Origin: Antedon mediterranea
Taxonomy: Eukaryota; Animalia; Echinodermata
Reading direction: 5' to 3'
Assembly: GCF_964355755.1 (NCBI RefSeq)
Contig: NC_092673.1
Coordinates: forward strand, 930,001 to 994,000
Length of the DNA: 64,000 bases
Program-made: the position numbers and the translations under genes
Notes under the pieces: generated by a model
Told to the model about the DNA's origin: nothing
The model's input: only the letters and a program-made list of their open reading frames with translations
Database searches by the model: none
Part shown: one piece after another, positions 51,310-63,850 of the stretch
Position numbering within the stretch: the first letter of the stretch is position 1
Layout of the letters: every line of letters starts with the position of its first letter

Positions 51310-52180
51310 GGTTAATTAAGGTATTAGGTATATTACAACACTACACACGAACCGATAGTAGGCTGTTTTGATAGGCCTAACGAGTTAATATTCAGTTAGC
51401 TCACGTATCACACTACTATTATATATAAATCGATTAATTATTTATATATTATAAACATTTTAAATTTAGCCTATATTTTTTAAATTCTAATATGTAAACA
51501 TCAGTGTTTGAAATATTATTATTTACTTTATTGTAAAAATGATACTGTATATTTTAGCTACAAAAATCGAGCTTCCTTTCTAAAAATTGTTGTCGAATTT
51601 AAACCTGTGGCAAAAACAAGTTGTTCACTTGTTCACTTCAACAGACACAGTGGGGATGCATATGTTATCTTTCAATCAACATTTTTTCAAATTACTTTGA
51701 CGGAGATTGTTGAATTCTTCGCTTAAACTTTAACTGGAGAGTAGAAACTTTTGAACCATCGTCCTGGGAGGCACTAACAAGAGTGGTGAAATAAGATGAT
51801 TATAGACACCTTATGAAAACAAATTAAAGCAAAGGAAACGTCGATGATGTACCAAAGCTGTTGGAAAGGTGTTCTTATTAATTTTTTAATCCGTTTATAA
51901 TTATTCTGATGTAAATGCTATCAATCTCCTACGAGTGGTCAGCGAGTGGTCAGAGTTTCGCCGCTATGGGTAGTCCTAACACATGTTTATGTCATTATTT
52001 GGTCTTAGAAACGAACATGATAAACGTGTAGCACTACAAAGTGGTTATAATTGGAGTTGTTGCCATTTTTCCCTCACTCTGTTCTATTATATTCCTCAAC
52101 TCGGGTTTAGATTCAGCTAAAATAGTCATTATTAGTCGCAAATCGTCCTTATAACATTATATCCTTCTTGTTTCTTCATT

Positions 52181-52256
52181 TGTCGGTCGGTCTGTCGGTC
52201 TGTCTGTCGGTCCGGTATGCATTGTAGCACGCGACTTAATGGCTGTTGGGCTTGTT
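52181..52256 (+). mobile_element. 3' half of a HINE/DINE-1-like element
   Basis: GTCGGTCGGTCTGTCGGTCTGTCTGTCGGT...TAGCACGCGACTTAATGGCTGTTGGGCTTGTT, nearly identical to 37550-37623. Confidence 0.75.
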
Positions 52257-52334
52257 GTTATTTCATTTCATTATTAACATAGTTTATTTATAGTACAGTT
52301 CCCCTCTTTTATTATTTAAATTTACTAACTGTTT

Positions 52335-52925
52335 ATGACATTAATAAATTACAACAATATATCTTTGTTTACGAAGCTTTGCATTCTCTTCTTCCATCCA
52401 ATTTATGCTTCTTCCTTAAAAACTCAGATTTTCACTCCTATTCTACTAGAACTTGCAACAAACTTCATCTTCCTCAGCCCAAACTTACGTTGCTTCAACA
52501 CAACGTCCGTTATAGCGGTATTAAGTTATATAATGATCTTCCTCCTGAAATCATTGCAACCCCCTCCAGGAAAATTTTCTCTCATAAAGCCAAAAAATGT
52601 CTTTTGTCAAAATATGATTTATAAAATGTGTTTATACCATTCTCAGCTTTTATATCACATGATCGTATGTTCTTTTTTTTGCTTTTTACTTGCCCTGCCC
52701 TGTCTGTGTGTTTGTGTACGTTAATGAATCTGTAATTATTTTTATTTATATCATTCATTTAGGGCTAGCTCGCCACAAGTTCTTTTGATTAATAGATTTT
52801 CTGTTTTTCATCTGGCGTTACTTTTTGAATTTTTCCCTCTTCCTTCATTTTACAATTTATATAGGATATTTGTTCTTATTTTATATGGAAGAAATAAATG
52901 ATGATTTGAATTGAATTGAATTGAA
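52335..52925 (+). mobile_element. 3' fragment of an L2/Crack/CR1-group LINE (ORF2 C-terminus, 3' UTR and tail)
   Basis: ORF 52379-52624 has HSYSTR...YSGIKLYNDLP...FSHKAKKCLLSKY, the typical ORF2 terminus; ends AATAAA...(TTGAA)4. Confidence 0.85.
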
Positions 52926-53835
52926 GTTTTTATTTTCGTTACTTTCATAATTATCATTAACCCGAGGGAAGAGTGGAATTACACCCTGATTAACCTAATC
53001 ATAATGTCCAATTGTCAAGCCCCTATCAATACCACAGTATCTATCATTTTATAATTGTAACTTATTAATATAAAGTTTGCATTTTACCTTCGGATGTAAG
53101 TCATAAGATAAAGGAAAGATCATCGGCTAATGTTGCCAATGTAGAATGTCAATTTAATTATGAATAAACCGATCAAGAAACGAAAGACAGAGGAGAAATA
53201 AGAACATTTTTTTATAGCAATTATAAGTTTACAATTACTGGGTATATTTTAAACATGGTTTATCTTATTACCTGCTTCACCTTGATGGAGAATTTTAATG
53301 AACTATCTTGCTTTTTTGGACTACAAAAAAACTACAAAAAAAACCATTGAAGACGCATTTTACATCCACAATGGCAAATTCAAAGGCACTGATAATATTA
53401 AAATATGTAATCTAACGATCTACGAAGAAATTGAGAATATTTTATTTTTTTTACTATCCTAATGGATTATTTGATGAAATTTGTCAATTTTTGTTTCGAG
53501 TTGTAAACGACAGGTGAGGCTGTAATAATCACACCTATTGTGAGTCTGTGATTGTATATAATATCTGTAATACACTCAATCATGAAATTGATCCCATTTC
53601 AGACGAAATGAATACCAGAGGGATTACCGAGATCTTCAGCAAATATAACAACATTTATTTTGTTGAAATCACATGATTTCTGTAGCTAGAAAATAAGGCA
53701 AAATTTTCCAAATGGAGTTTTTTGTAAAACATCGAAATTAATTTGTACTCGGGTCTAACTAATATTATCTGCGCAGCTATATTTCGGAACATGCGCGGAA
53801 TGTCTTAGCGGCGCATAAGTGTGACACGATTGAAG

Positions 53836-53975
53836 TTCTGCGCAACTCACGTTTCCGCGCAACTCACGTTTCTGTGAATCTCACGTTTCTGCCCATTTCA
53901 CGTTTCTGTGCATCTCACGTTTCTGCACATCTCACGTTTCTGCACATCTCATGTTTCTGCACATCTCTTGTTTCT
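53836..53975. repeat. 17-bp minisatellite TCACGTTTCTGCACATC, ~8 copies
   Basis: Direct reading. Confidence 0.92.
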
Positions 53976-54835
53976 GATCATGCAAATAATGTCTCTCGGT
54001 GGTTGCGTATCTAGTCGTCAAACAGTCTCTATTAAAATTTTTGTGATGACCATAACACGTGTAACATTTTACTTCATAAGGATTTTATAATCTATCGCTT
54101 TTCTAACAAATGAATTGAGATCGAACATCGAATGCAAACTTTAATGGATTCAGAAAAGGTCACTTGTTGAAATTTGTCAAACGAATTCTCGAGCGTATTA
54201 GCAGGCGACAGGTGATCTGTGTGTTGCACTGCTGTTACGTTTCATCCTTAACGGTAGTAATTAATGACACGTATCAATTAAAATTTTGACCAATTTGACA
54301 ATTACAGATATATCACCGTGACTGCATCATTGTCCTATACACATTCGTTTCTGTCACAAAGTTTATGATATATTATTTTCTTTTAAACCTAAGCTTGATG
54401 CGTTTTACTTGTTGTCTATAGCTGAGCAATCTAGACTTTTATTGTTAAATACAATTATAACCTCGTGACCTTTACTAAGCAAACTCACTCACTGATCAAT
54501 TCTGATCGTCATAGATTTCAGAAGTGAAATTAAAAGTTTCCTATTATGTTATTTATCCTACTTTTTTCATTATATATTGTCCAAAAAATAGAAAATAAAG
54601 ATATATACAACTATGAATAGGTCACTTTTTATTTTTAATAAAGTTATTCACTTTATTAGAGCAAAATAACAACCAAAATGACCACTCAAAGTTTTATTTA
54701 TCGTTTATTTTGTCTTTTTCATAAGCGAATAATTGTTTGTTTGTGCGAAAGTGAATAACTTTATAAAATATATTTATTATTTACTTTATTTTTTTGTTTT
54801 TTAAATGTTTTTGATAAAAATACACCTTTAGGGTT

Positions 54836-54877
54836 TAAGTCTAAGTCTAAGTCTAAGTCTAGGTCTAAGTCTAAGTA
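54836..54877. repeat. (CTAAGT)n hexamer repeat, ~7 copies
   Basis: Direct reading. Confidence 0.9.
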
Positions 54878-55540
54878 TAATGGAAAAGTAAGATAAAGAC
54901 GAAACTTTGACTTCCACCTTCAGTTGTTTTCTTTAAATTAGTAAATCTGTTAACTAATTGTGTTCCAACTAATTTTGGGTTAAACGATTTTTTAAAAATA
55001 AATTATTTTCTGTTTTTCTATTTTTTTAATTATTATCCTATATATAATTATATATTGACTTGTTATTACTTTAATAATTTTAATCTTCAATTAACAGTGT
55101 CCCTGAGTTAAGAACCTCATTTTAAAATCTAATCGAAATTTCAACAACTTAGTACTAATTGAAACATCTGATCACAAATAATACGTGCAAAGCGCTACAA
55201 GAATGCGATTTCGCTGTTAGCATTTGTAGATTTAACAAAAGTGATGTGCCCGTAGAAAAGTAATATTATAACTTATAAGCCATCATGTTCAACGCGCGCG
55301 CGTTTGTGTACATGTCACGCTGACGAAACAAGATGTCATACATATACAATAACAAGTTCTACTATCTACAAAATTTTAAAATTGATAAAATAGTAATTTG
55401 CATCAAAAGCTTCATTCAAAAATAAAATATGGCGAATTATACTATAAATAATATAATATATTTAAAGTTTTAAAACATTAAACAAAAATAATATTTTGTG
55501 TGTATAGGCTTTCGGGCTTTGATTTTCACAATCCAACAAT

Positions 55541-55640
55541 AGGTCTTTGTGGAAAGACCTCCTTGATGGTATCAAGCACTCGTTCCCATTTCTCTGTATG
55601 CAAAAGTCTCCGGTGGCGGAATTGAACCTACGACCTCAAA
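55541..55640 (-). mobile_element. tRNA-derived SINE head remnant (Pol III B box)
   Basis: Minus strand GAGGTCGTAGGTTCAATTCCGCCACCGG is a T-arm/B box; no A box or cloverleaf; downstream hairpin AGGTCTTT..AAAGACCT. Confidence 0.55.
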
Positions 55641-56898
55641 CTATAGCTAGTCATTCTGTTGTAAATTATTTTTATAGTAATCTTTTACCAGTCTGATATA
55701 TCTATAAAGATTTTTATTATGTTTTTCAATATTTGGAGACTTCAAGACTACTACTCGAAATTCAACCTCACGTTCCTAGATTTTCGTTAGAATGTTATCT
55801 AACATTTTACGATTCATGCCATCATCTCACTTTCATTATTGCTATTAAAAGTATTCCTATTTTTATGGCATTACGTTTAAACGGACAATAATCCTGACTT
55901 TTAAAGTATGTTATCACTATTTTGGTATTGAGTTATGATATTATGGGTGGTTGGGGTATGGTTATTACATGTATTACCATTTCATATCTCAATGCTAGTA
56001 TCAATTACAGAATTTTGATATATTCTAAAGTATTCAATAATAATAATAATCGGGACAAATCATTGGATATTGTAAGCTCAAAGCCAGACCACAGGCAGCT
56101 TTTAGATTATTAAAGTAATAATTCATTTTCGATACGAATAAAGCTGGTATAAGAAAAACATTTAAATGCAGTACGATACAACAGACATTAAACTATTATA
56201 CAGTAAAACGATAACAGCCACGAGCCACACGAATACGCGCATTCTTTCTGCGCATACCCCTAAGCGTGTGCAAAATGACTTTCTGACTCAACAGCGCTGC
56301 ATAGTCAGAGTGACGTGTAAAAAAGAACGTTGTGATTATTGACTTTGTGAAGTTTAGGTAGCTTCCGCCTGACGAATTAAATGCGATTTCATCCATTTTT
56401 GGACTCGGATAAGTTTACCCAAGTTGACATCACCTATAAAATATGTTCCAACTAAAAGGTTTCGGTGTCAAATCAACGACTTCAAAATCATTAATTGCAT
56501 CCGAAGAGAAAAAAAAACTTGAGATAGAAGTAAGTTGTATGTATTTCGTATCTTTATGCCAAGTTATACAGTAGTAGCATACTTACTGAGAATAACTTCG
56601 TGTTGTCTCATTTTGGTAATTTAGCTTCAGCATTCTCATGCTAAATGTCTAATGGATTTCTCTACTAAAATCGCTTCATAATGAGATTTTATAACCTAGA
56701 AAAATCCCACCTTTTTTACCTGGATTGCAAAAGTAAAGTCTACTGTTAGCATGTTCTTATTTATGGTTTTAGCTTGTGTGACTACTATTTTTGTACCATA
56801 CTTGGGATCATCAATCACCCAGTGGTCAATAACATTATTACACTGTCATCATCATTCAACAATATTATATTTTGGGTAGAAAGTACATGTCTAGAAGA

Positions 56899-57225
56899 TT
56901 AGTTCCCACTAGTACACGCAACGAAAAATTGACCAATCAGGAGCGAAGGACTAACCGAAATGTTGCTTTGCGCGGCGTCCTGACGAACAATAACATGCAC
57001 ATATTTATACTAAAACATTTTAACAATGAGCGGGAGGTAACCTGCAAATCATTTTTTTTTAATTAATTTATATTGACTAATCAGAGGCGAAGGACTCACC
57101 GTAATGTTGCTTGTGATTGGTCAAGTTACTTGCATTGTGTCCTGTCAAACAATAAATACATCAAAAAATCACATTTTTATACTAAAACATTTTAACAATG
57201 AAAGCGATGTACCCTGCAAATATGA
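56899..57225. repeat. Diverged tandem duplication carrying family-A MITE fragments
   Basis: ATTGACCAATCAG..GCGAAGGACT.ACCG and TTTATACTAAAACATTTTAACAATGA each occur twice; begins with TTAGTTCCCACTAG. Confidence 0.8.
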
Positions 57226-58749
57226 TTTGGAGTTTTTGTGAATTCATTGCCTATTTATATGTACCATTACTTTTAATCATATGAACAAGGGTAAGATTTA
57301 CTTCTGAGGAATTCCATTTTAATTCTGATACGAGTCGATATTGAATGACCAACAATTAATTAATTTAGACTTATAATTGGAGTTATTTGTCTTCGAAACT
57401 GGACATGACAAGAAATGTGGTTTAGAAAATCTAACACAACTGTTTAAATATTTGCAAATACGTTGGTTTTGAATCTCATGAGAAAAGCTTGGACAAAACT
57501 GTCAACCATTACCTATTTGTCTACCTATTAGGCACTACACCGTGCATAATATACTTCCAATGTTTTATACTAACCATTAAGCCTATTTGAAAGTATCATT
57601 TTAAAATTGATATGTACAATGCATAATAGTTTTTAAAATGCTGTCAGGGGTACCATTAGGCACGCGTTAGGCACGCGTTTCCCACTTTTTACAGCTAAAA
57701 TTATATTATAAACTACTTTTAGATATAATGTTTTCACAAACTATTATTAAAATTATTCGGGAAGAGTGAAAACGTAATTTCACATTATATGCACTCCCGC
57801 CTTGATGTGGCAAGGGTGTCTATACAGTAAAAGTGCGACAAAAGTGGGCAAAACAAACACACCCCTTGATAATATGGGCAACATTGAATGATTGTATTAA
57901 GAGCTCAGGTGACCTGGAGATATGCATGCATGAAACTCAATGTGAAATGCACCCTCAATCGGTTGGGGTGAATTCTGCGAAATGACCATACAAAATGTTT
58001 TGCATGAAAAACTAGGCCTACAATAATACAATACCATAATATCTCAGAGATTTATTTTTTCACAAATTGTTTAACCTCCGTTTTACCGAACATTGAATAG
58101 TACATTGGCATTAGAAGATAATTAATTGACCCTTTTTTATGAGATGGTACAGTATGTTGACATATACGGTTGTTATCTATAAGTAGGAGTTACTACTCCT
58201 GAATAAACCAATTTAGCGAGCAAACGAAGAATTTAATAAATGTCAACTATGTTCGTTTAAGTTTATGAACTTAATGTTCATTCATGTTCCTAAGAATATC
58301 AAATAAGCTCTTGTCAAACATTGTTGAATTACTGTTTGGTTATACACGGTTTATTTTGACAGGGTATATTCATTGGGTATGTTAGAGAATTAACCTCTAG
58401 CCCGTGGTTTACACACCCACGGGGTAACATTAAAGTGAGAGATGTATTAAAATATACATCTCACTGCCTTGACACGTTTCATACTCGGTCACGTACAAGA
58501 CATGGTCAAGTATCATTTTAGTGTGTTTGATTTCGGTTTGGATCGTAGTATTAATTGCCGTGTAAACACAGTGTAACGATTCTATAATTTGAAGAAGCAG
58601 TCTGATTGATGATGGGGTTATGACAAGCAGTGAAGCCCAAATGAATCAATATTATGATTGACATTAAACACATTGGTAGTGTTTAGGCATCTGCTTGTAC
58701 TTGGACGAAGTTTGTTGTTTTACCCCTAGCGAAATGTAAACCTACCCTA

Positions 58750-58815
58750 CTGATTGAAAGGCCTAGGCCCTGATTGAAAGGCCTAGACCCTGACTTAAAT
58801 GACTAGGCCTCTGAT
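58750..58815. repeat. 20-bp repeat CTGATTGAAAGGCCTAGGCC, ~3 copies
   Basis: Direct reading. Confidence 0.85.
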
Positions 58816-59085
58816 TAAGAGATAATAAGAAACGATGCGGCTGTAACCTGGGGTATAGTAGTAAACCTCTTAATATTCTTGATCTAGGCCGAACGTGACT
58901 TTATACTTGACCTTATTCTATAATTGATTTCATAATTGTGTTATGTTTGGATGGGCTGTAAAACAACTTGATCATAAATTAGTAAGCAAATAGGAACTAT
59001 GCGAGATGATGCACTTTCAAGAAAACCAGAGTGGGTTAATTAACCAGGTAAATAAACCGTCACTGTGACGACAGCAGAGAAAAGT

Positions 59086-59212
59086 TTGGTCCAATTAAGA
59101 AGTGCAGCACAACTAATTCCACCAATCACAGGTGTCGGTTCAAACGCGTTCGGATCGTCCGCACGATCCGTGGTTTGTGTGTTCAAATTACTTGTGTTAC
59201 GTCATGGGAACC
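59086..59212. mobile_element. Highly degenerate family-A MITE
   Basis: CCAATCACAGG...TCAAATTACTTGTGTTACGTCATGGGAACCA. Confidence 0.5.
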
Positions 59213-60724
59213 ATTTTGTTTTACTTTATTTTACTCGAAATTCATATTATACAAATTAAAGTAACAAAAAAAGTCCATTGCGTTTTTGCATAGCGGAATA
59301 CGCATGTTGAACATGTTCAAAACTAGATTGTCTTTTTTGTTTATGTATATGCACAGTGAAAGTAATCACTGTAGCAACTATTACGGTACAGGGACGTAAC
59401 TGATTAAGTGCCGTACGTACGTTTGAGAATCCGGAAGAAGACGATTACCGGCGCCTACTCGTCTCCTCGCGATTACTTTCTTGAAAAATTGAAACAAAAA
59501 TTAAGAAAAAATAATTTGTCTTACAATACAAAGACACATGTCACTAAGTTCATAATTAATCTTTTACATGATAATTCTCTGATGCGACTTGGACAAAAGC
59601 GGCTGGCATGTGCCCAGGTGCAATTGCGTCCATTTTCACCGAGTCGGAATATCGTCACATACCAGTACCTTGAATTGGACGACCAAATTCTCCTACTATA
59701 GGGGTATAATTAAATCTATAATACATCGACGGTTTTACATCATCTAAATACATTTCATATTATTACTTATTTTCGGTAAATTTAAAGTCAATGTATGTAA
59801 CTTACTACAAACAACAGTTTCTTGTCGGTGACATCGTCCGGTATGCTGTTACGATTTGCATACTGCTGGACTCTCAACCACCAGGTTTTTCGTTTTATCC
59901 AGTCGTCACAATATTCATTACGAAATCCGAGATAATTGTAAAATATTGTAAATGGTTTTATTGTAATATTAACTCATTCGTTATGAAATAGGAAGGAATG
60001 AAAAGATCAAGTAAAATATATTACAATCTTAATAGTATTGTGACCTTTAAGGAAGCCAATTATACAGTCTAAATCAAAGCCCAAGACGCTAGCCCATCAC
60101 GGGTTTTTGTCGCGTTTTGCTGCTCTTTTCAGCCTGTTTATCATCGACTTGACAACATCAGCTCGTGGAGACAAATATCTAAGATTTTATGGTTTTTTCA
60201 TAGCTACTAGAATTTGACAAGGAGCCAATATTATGTGATTGACATCATATTATATTGTGTATTATTATCGGATTTTCATACGTCGGGGTAATATCCATGC
60301 ATTTAGGCCTATCACGAATGATTTTTATTTTTTTATTTCAGACGCTTCCCTCAGTAATAGGTTGTATGTTCGAATCCCGTCAATCCAATCCAGTCCAATG
60401 ATGGAAAAATGTGTTGAGTTGTACTATTTTCCAGGCGGTCAAACGATAATTAGGCCTACTTACCTTCTTTCATTTGAAAATCGATTAAGTATACTTTTTA
60501 TCCATAGCATGATTATTTATTGAACTATTAATGTTAATATTAATTTCTTAAGCAAAGTAGTGTGTCAGAATTATGATTCAAATGATATGTTCCACTTTTT
60601 GCTTGACTTATTTGACATTTCAATTCAAATCAAACAACTTTATCCACTGTATTGCTTTTTCTAGAAGCTTACCACTTAATTTCAAATACGTGGGCTCGCC
60701 ATTATCTCTCCATTTTTCCTATTT

Positions 60725-60881
60725 AGCTTGGTTCCCACACGCAACGCAAGGACATACGCATACCGTAAGTGAGTTTACCAATTACAAGCGACAGGTCGAA
60801 TAATCCGTCGCATCGTGATTGGTCAGATTACTTGCGTTGCGCTTATACGTACTCATTGCGTTGTGTCTTGTGAACCAAGCT
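60725..60881. mobile_element. Harbinger-type MITE, family A
   Basis: AGCTTGGTTCCCACACGCAACGCAAGG ... TTGCGTTGTGTCTTGTGAACCAAGCT. Confidence 0.85.
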
Positions 60882-62907
60882 TCATAGGTAACGTGTTTGT
60901 ATAGCGACAAGTAAATACAAACAGCGATGAGTAAAAATATTTCACATTGTGTTTTGCTTTATGCGTTTTTTACGCTGCTGCTCTAGCCCGCTACGTCCCA
61001 TTAGGAGTACTCAATCAGAAGCTAAAGCAAGCAGCAGTTATAGTTCTAAGGACGACAGTTTTGCGAAAATGGAAACTCCACTATAATTTATAGATTTCCA
61101 GCTGCTACTGTATACCCAAAAAACGTCTGGGAAATAAGTCTATTAGGACATGTCATGCTAAAATTACAAATCCCAAAGCATGTCTGGTATTTATGACTTT
61201 TGACTGTAATTCACTGTCAGATATTCATTGAATTATTGTCGAAACAGTCCATTAAAGTTTGTGTTTGTAATAGGATACTTCACACTTGAAATATCTAGTG
61301 ACCCCCAGACTTGACCTTAGCACTAAAATTAACTAAAGTGACAGAAATTGAGTATTCACTTCTGTAACAAAAAAATAATATTTATTCACATATAAAAAGA
61401 GAAAAGAAAGCCAAAAACAATTGTCTGACAGACAATTTAAGTATTTGTTGCTTTAAATTACATTTTTCCGGTAAAATAACTATTATGTGACAATAAAAAT
61501 ATTTTTCAATAAAGTGAGCAGCGTTTTTTGTAAGAAATATTTCTTGTCTATCATGTACCAATGAAGCAATATGACAATATTGATCAATTTCATAGGATAC
61601 CTGATATACCTATCGTTAAAACTGAGTCTAGACAATACCCTTAGGCTGCTTAAAGAAGATGTATTGTTTGTTTCAAAACAATAAATTAAATGATGCACTT
61701 AAAACAAACAACGAAAAACAAAACGATTTATAAAACAAAATGCAATAAGGCTTTTAAGAGTCCAAGAAAATGAATTACTGTTGTAATCTACCGGCGGTCA
61801 GTATTTGCTACCTATTCTACAAGCATTGTATCGGCAGTCTATTCACATTAGCGAGAGTGGGATTATTTTAAAATAAGACCGAATTTACTAACACAGCAAA
61901 GCTCTTAAAGATGGAAATGATCTGAAAACTGGAATAAATTGTCTCTTCGTGTTATATTCATTGATATTCGTGTGAATTGAAAGCGTTGGCTATTGTGCAA
62001 TCGTATTCATCATTCATTACGATTTAAAACAGAGCTTAGCTAGAAATGTTCGATTCGCGTTAAAATTCGTGTGAAAAGAGCTTAACAATGTTACGGCCTG
62101 TTTCCACACAGTGCAACTTCACGGATACGATTTGTGTTTAGGAACTCCCGCCATCTTTATCAAGAATAAAGTTCCTTTACATATTCCGACAATCCCAAAA
62201 ATCCCATAATACACATGTTTGTGGCCATTAAAGCAATTATCGAATTCGTGTGTAAGTGTTTGCTTAATACCCAGTTCAAAACTGCCATTTAAATTATACG
62301 TTACCTCCACATACACGAGTTCGATAACCGGGAACCTACATGCTTTTGACGTAGACTAAAACTGTATTATCATGACCATAAGTTATCGTCATGTTTTATA
62401 AAATGACATGCTTTTCATCAACTTGGGGACTACATTATAGACAACAAGATTCCGCTGCCATGTCTGCCGTAATTATCGATGAGCCTGCAAACATTTCGAG
62501 AAAATTAGGAAAGAAAATGGGTGGCGTAACAGTGACGTCACAAGTAATGTGTCTAATGATCAGATAATGAAAACGGGGAAAAATGTAAATGGAAAATGTT
62601 TATAATAGCGTCGTCTCGCCTGTTATGTACACATTTAAGCCTACTTCTACTGGTGAACAAAATATTTTTGTTTATTAGACCATTTCAAAGTCACATAATA
62701 ATTTTTACCAAAAATTAGATTTAAAAAGTATTTACGTAATAAATCATAATTTAAAGAAATAAGAGAAAAAGAGAGATATCCGTAGAAGTGTTTGGATCAA
62801 TGTTGTAACTGTTTATTTTGTTTCGAAATCGTTATTTTTTCCATAACTTTATTAAAACGACATATTATTTATAGTTTGATTGTATTCATTCTTATTTTTC
62901 ATGTTTT

Positions 62908-62988
62908 AGGGACAATATACATCATTAATGTTCTGGGACAATATACATCATTAATGTTCTGGGACAATATACATCATTAATGTTCTGG
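62908..62988. repeat. 26-bp tandem repeat GGGACAATATACATCATTAATGTTCT, 3 copies
   Basis: Direct reading. Confidence 0.93.
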
Positions 62989-63248
62989 TTCCGTGTACTC
63001 GGTACGTGATTGATTGCATTCAGCATTATTTTGGAAAAAATATGTCTTAAAAATACGATTACTGGACATTAGTAAGTAGATAAGTAAGAGACTAAGTCCG
63101 ATGATTATTATACTGCATTAAAACGACGTGCTGACACGATCAGGTACGTGTGTACACGAATGAATGAAGTTTAATTACTAATGAAAAGACCAAAAATAAA
63201 ATATCCCAAAAATAAGCTATGATCCATTATACTCATCAGATAGTCTAA

Positions 63249-63409
63249 TGCTCTGTCTGCACTATCAAACTTTATGTGACAACAAATTGTGATATACCCA
63301 TATATGGATATGATGATGTCATATCACTACCATATTTGGGCACATCACCACCATATTTGGGCACATCACACTTCTTTTGTCAAACTAGTTTGATAGTGTA
63401 GACAGAGCT
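63249..63409. mobile_element. Harbinger-type MITE, family D, in opposite orientation to the 30982 and 35277 copies
   Basis: TAA|TGCTCTGTCTGCACTATCAAAC ... GTTTGATAGTGTAGACAGAGCT. Confidence 0.87.
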
Positions 63410-63767
63410 TATAATGGCAATGTAAAAAAGGAATATACGTTTCTAAGCCTGATTATGAAAAGGATATCCATTGTGTGTGCTGAGTCCTTTGTCGGGAACA
63501 CACCTCCCTGGTGGAATACCCTACGAATTCTCGTACGCGCGTTGGTAAATTACACCTGCGGTGCGCGTGCGTACGTATGTTGTTGCGTCCATGTTGTAGT
63601 TGTGTTTGCATTGCGACCGGGTATCCTAATCATTAGCTGGTTAATGTTTCCAAGGAGGGCAGCATATGTATTGCTATCACGATCAGAGAGCAGAAAACAT
63701 TGTTTCGTTTCTATATGCACAGAATTAGCTTAGAAAAATGAATTTTCGCCCTCGCGACAAAAAAAAA

Positions 63768-63850
63768 TCCATCCAACAATCAATCAGCAACCAATCAAAC
63801 CAACTATCATTTTCGATCAACCAATCAATCGCTCAACCGATCAATCATCA
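63768..63850. repeat. Degenerate (CAAT)n microsatellite
   Basis: Direct reading. Confidence 0.8.

Noticed and set aside
54836-54877. Telomere-like repeat
   Set aside because: The unit CTAAGT/ACTTAG is not TTAGGG or TTAGG; it is a short interstitial microsatellite.
55595-55660. tRNA gene
   Set aside because: Only a B box/T-arm is present, with no acceptor stem, D-arm or A box; treated as a SINE remnant. The weaker GTTTGAATCC at ~8880 is rejected likewise.
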